DNA of 64,000 nucleotides from Lama guanicoe. Its lineage: Eukaryota. The stretch spans positions 493,379-557,378 of the forward strand of contig MU053754.1 in NCBI GenBank assembly GCA_013239625.1. Direction: 5' to 3'. Positions 61,282 through 64,000 of the stretch are shown one piece after another (positions within the stretch are counted from its first letter, which is position 1; every line of letters begins with the position of its first letter). The translations under genes were made by a program, and so were the position numbers. The notes under the pieces are model-generated. The model was not told the origin of the DNA and did no database searches. It saw nothing but the letters and a program-made list of their open reading frames with translations.

Positions 61282-64000
61282 CAAGAAAGAAAAGAAGGAA
61301 CGTGGAAGTCATTGCCGAGATTCGCTTTGACGTTGTATTTTCTGTTACTTCGATGTGGGGTTGCATTTCTCTCTGAGCTAATTGCAGGTGTGCCCATCAC
61401 AAAATCCAGGTTGTGTGCCATTGAGGGAGCCCATGGGCGGTGGGGAGACGAGGGACGTGGGGGAGGAAGGTGGGGACTGGGAGGGCTGAACCTCGACAGA
61501 GGTCATTACGTCCAGACGTCAGGGATTCTATGCAGGAAGAAAGGGAGGACAGGTCCCTGACATGTTGGCAGATGCTTCCGGGCTAGGGGCTGCTGAGAAC
61601 AGTGCAGCTGGGATGACCAAGGTGGAAATGAAGAGAAAAGGAAGATCTGAGCTCTCTCAGGAGGTGGAATGGGGTGACGTGACGTGGCCTGGATGAGGGC
61701 TGGGGCTGAAGGGGGATGGGTGTTGGGAGCAGTGAGGCTCAGGGTCCTGGTGACATCATTCAGGGGTTGGGGCCGAGAGGCAGTCATGGATCTCAGGGCC
61801 TGGCCTTCAGGGGAAGGTGGAGAGATGGGAACATATTGCACCAGGCTGAGGAACTAACTACGTTTTGGAAATGGCCACACAGAGGGTAATCTGGAACCTG
61901 AATTCCTCTTGTTCATACAGATACCACTGCTTTGTTTCTTCGTAAGTTTTATGGCCAAAGAAGGTCAGGGCTCGTGTCCAAATAATGATTTGATGAATGA
62001 GTGGAGTCTGTGTTCCATGACTTTTTGTGGCCCCTTTGCCATCTTTCCTGGGTTCAGGATTCTTGGTGCAGTGTCCGCAAGTCTAATGTGGGTATTGCAG
62101 TTCCCCAGTGGAAGCCGGCATTGCGGGTGCGGTCCAGTCCAAGAACGATGGGCTTGTTGAAAGCTGTTATACGAGGAACAGATCAATGGGCTCAAATGCA
62201 CGTTAAGGTGCATTCCGCGTGAGGCTGCTGAAGCTGCACTGGGAAGTGACAGATGGCGTGTGTGAGGGCTTACTGCAGGGGACGTGCCCCAGTCATCCCC
62301 GGCATGGGTGCGCAGGGACTTTCCAGGCACTGGCGATGAATTCTGTGACATTATGACAGATCAGAATCTCTAACATCAGCCGCAGTGCTGGAATGGGGTT
62401 TAAGGAGGCTCCTCCATGTCATTCCCTTGCCTTTAGGCCCTGGCCGTCCTGTTGAGACAGCACTTCAGAATAGGACTTCCAACCTGCTTTCTTAGTCAGA
62501 TTGTGTGAGACCCACTGGAGCGATATAGAAAATGCAAATTACAAAAGAGCTGAGCCCCAGCTGCTGAGTGGTTTATACTCAGATGACACACCGCTCTCTC
62601 CCAACAACCCACACACCTCAACTTTCTCTCTCTCACCTTATGCGTATAACTCTACTTGGGCAAACGTGGCAGTGTCAGCCTAGATTTTAAAGACCCGGTG
62701 GGTAGCAAGGATGGAACAATTGGGAGCTGGATGTAAAGTAGGTTATAAATAAAATCACATGCAAGGTCGTTCCATTAAATCACTGTGCTTTTAACATTAG
62801 AATGTAAGTGAACCAGCCATCATGTTTTACAGTTAATCCAAATAGACTTTTCATGAGCCTGAAAGTTACAAAGCAATATTTACACTGACAGAGATAATTT
62901 GGTTTCACGTATTTTGCACCAGAGAAATTCTTTATAAATTAATCTCAAAATACTGTGTGAAAGGGCATGAGATTTTGAATTAGAAGTCTTGGGTTTGGGT
63001 TCTGGGTTGACCATTGAACTCTTCACCCTCAGCAGTTCAAGGTCACTTAGGATTTTCAGCCAAATCATCTATAAAGAGGGGCTGCAAATAGCAGCTCTTC
63101 CATCATGTTCGTACAAGAGCCTCACAGAGAGCTAATGTATGTGAAAGAATACGGCTAGCTGCAGAGTTCAGTGCAGATTTAGAGATGTCATAAAAGTATA
63201 TAGTCCTTGCTTTAAATAGCAATATATATACATTTTTCTTTTAGAATTTTATTCATAAGAAATTAATATGAATAGTAATGGTAATTCTATTACTTGAATA
63301 GTAATTCTAATTCCTTGAGTAGTAAAACTAAGTGTAATTTCTTTTCCTGCCTATGCCATTTGATAGCAAGACAATGATGTTTAAGGCTTTCATGGGTTTA
63401 ATAGATAGTGGAGATTAGAACTCCTTTAAAAAATGATCAGATTTGTCCTTGAATAATAAAAAGAGATTGCAGTCAAATAAGTATTCAGTTGGCCTTTTTC
63501 AATCTCAACTTTCTGAGCAATTTCCTAAAGAATCATTGATATTTGGCGCCTCTTTAGAAACTCACAGAATAAATATTTAGGAAGGAATTCTCTTTTAGAA
63601 AGATACAAGGTGTAAGCAGCATTGAGTGCATGTCTAAGGTGTGCAGAATATCTAGAATATGTTACATAACTGGAGTTCTGATGGGGCTCAAAGTGAGAAC
63701 ACAATGGGACCTTCTGGTGAAGCTTGCTAAAGCTTTGTCCTTTCCACCCACCTTAATTCCACTTGTATGAGCCAATTCATTTGGGGCCGTAAGAACACTG
63801 GGGCAGGGCAAGAAGCCTCAAACAGTGCCAGCAATCGCAACAAACAGATAAATGTCTGGTGGACCGTGGGCAGGGGTGGGGCTGGGGTAAGATGGGGAGG
63901 GAGGGACTGAGACACCTTGGAAGAGCCAGGTCCCAAAAGTGGCTGCTGAGGTCACACTCAAATACAGGGGGGAAGCTTTCAGCAGCGTGGTAAGAACGAT

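Noticed and set aside
33000..64000. Neighbouring genes known from human Xp22.3 (VCX family, MIR651, ANOS1)
   Set aside because: I recognised no matching exon or hairpin. VCX genes are primate-specific and the others lie farther from PNPLA4.

Overview
This is mammalian genomic DNA, most likely from a camelid: it carries tRNA-Ala(AGC)-derived vic-1-type SINEs and artiodactyl-type L1 3' tails, and I recognised no Alu, Bov-tA, PRE1 or Can-SINE. The only protein-coding gene I can support is an intact PNPLA4 (GS2) on the minus strand. It has six coding exons (31095-30916, 26575-26481, 25829-25694, 16163-16098, 10533-10381, 9655-9515), all with GT-AG junctions. The 771-nt CDS encodes 256 aa with the GASAG (Ser43) and DGG (Asp163) motifs. 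A CpG-island promoter lies at about 31.8-32.8 kb and a candidate poly(A) signal at 7062-7067. The rest is intronic or intergenic and dominated by L1, L2, MIR, MaLR/ERV LTRs and hAT MER elements; repeat family names and ends are assigned by eye and are approximate. I did not find a convincing new multi-gene system. The most notable observations are: a copy of the last-intron polypyrimidine region inside the 3' UTR that could create an alternative terminal exon; local patches where ancient repeats appear shifted from AT to GC (consistent with GC-biased gene conversion in a pseudoautosomal locus); an ancient CR1/L3-like endonuclease relic; a perfect 32-bp palindrome; and a pre-miRNA-sized hairpin.
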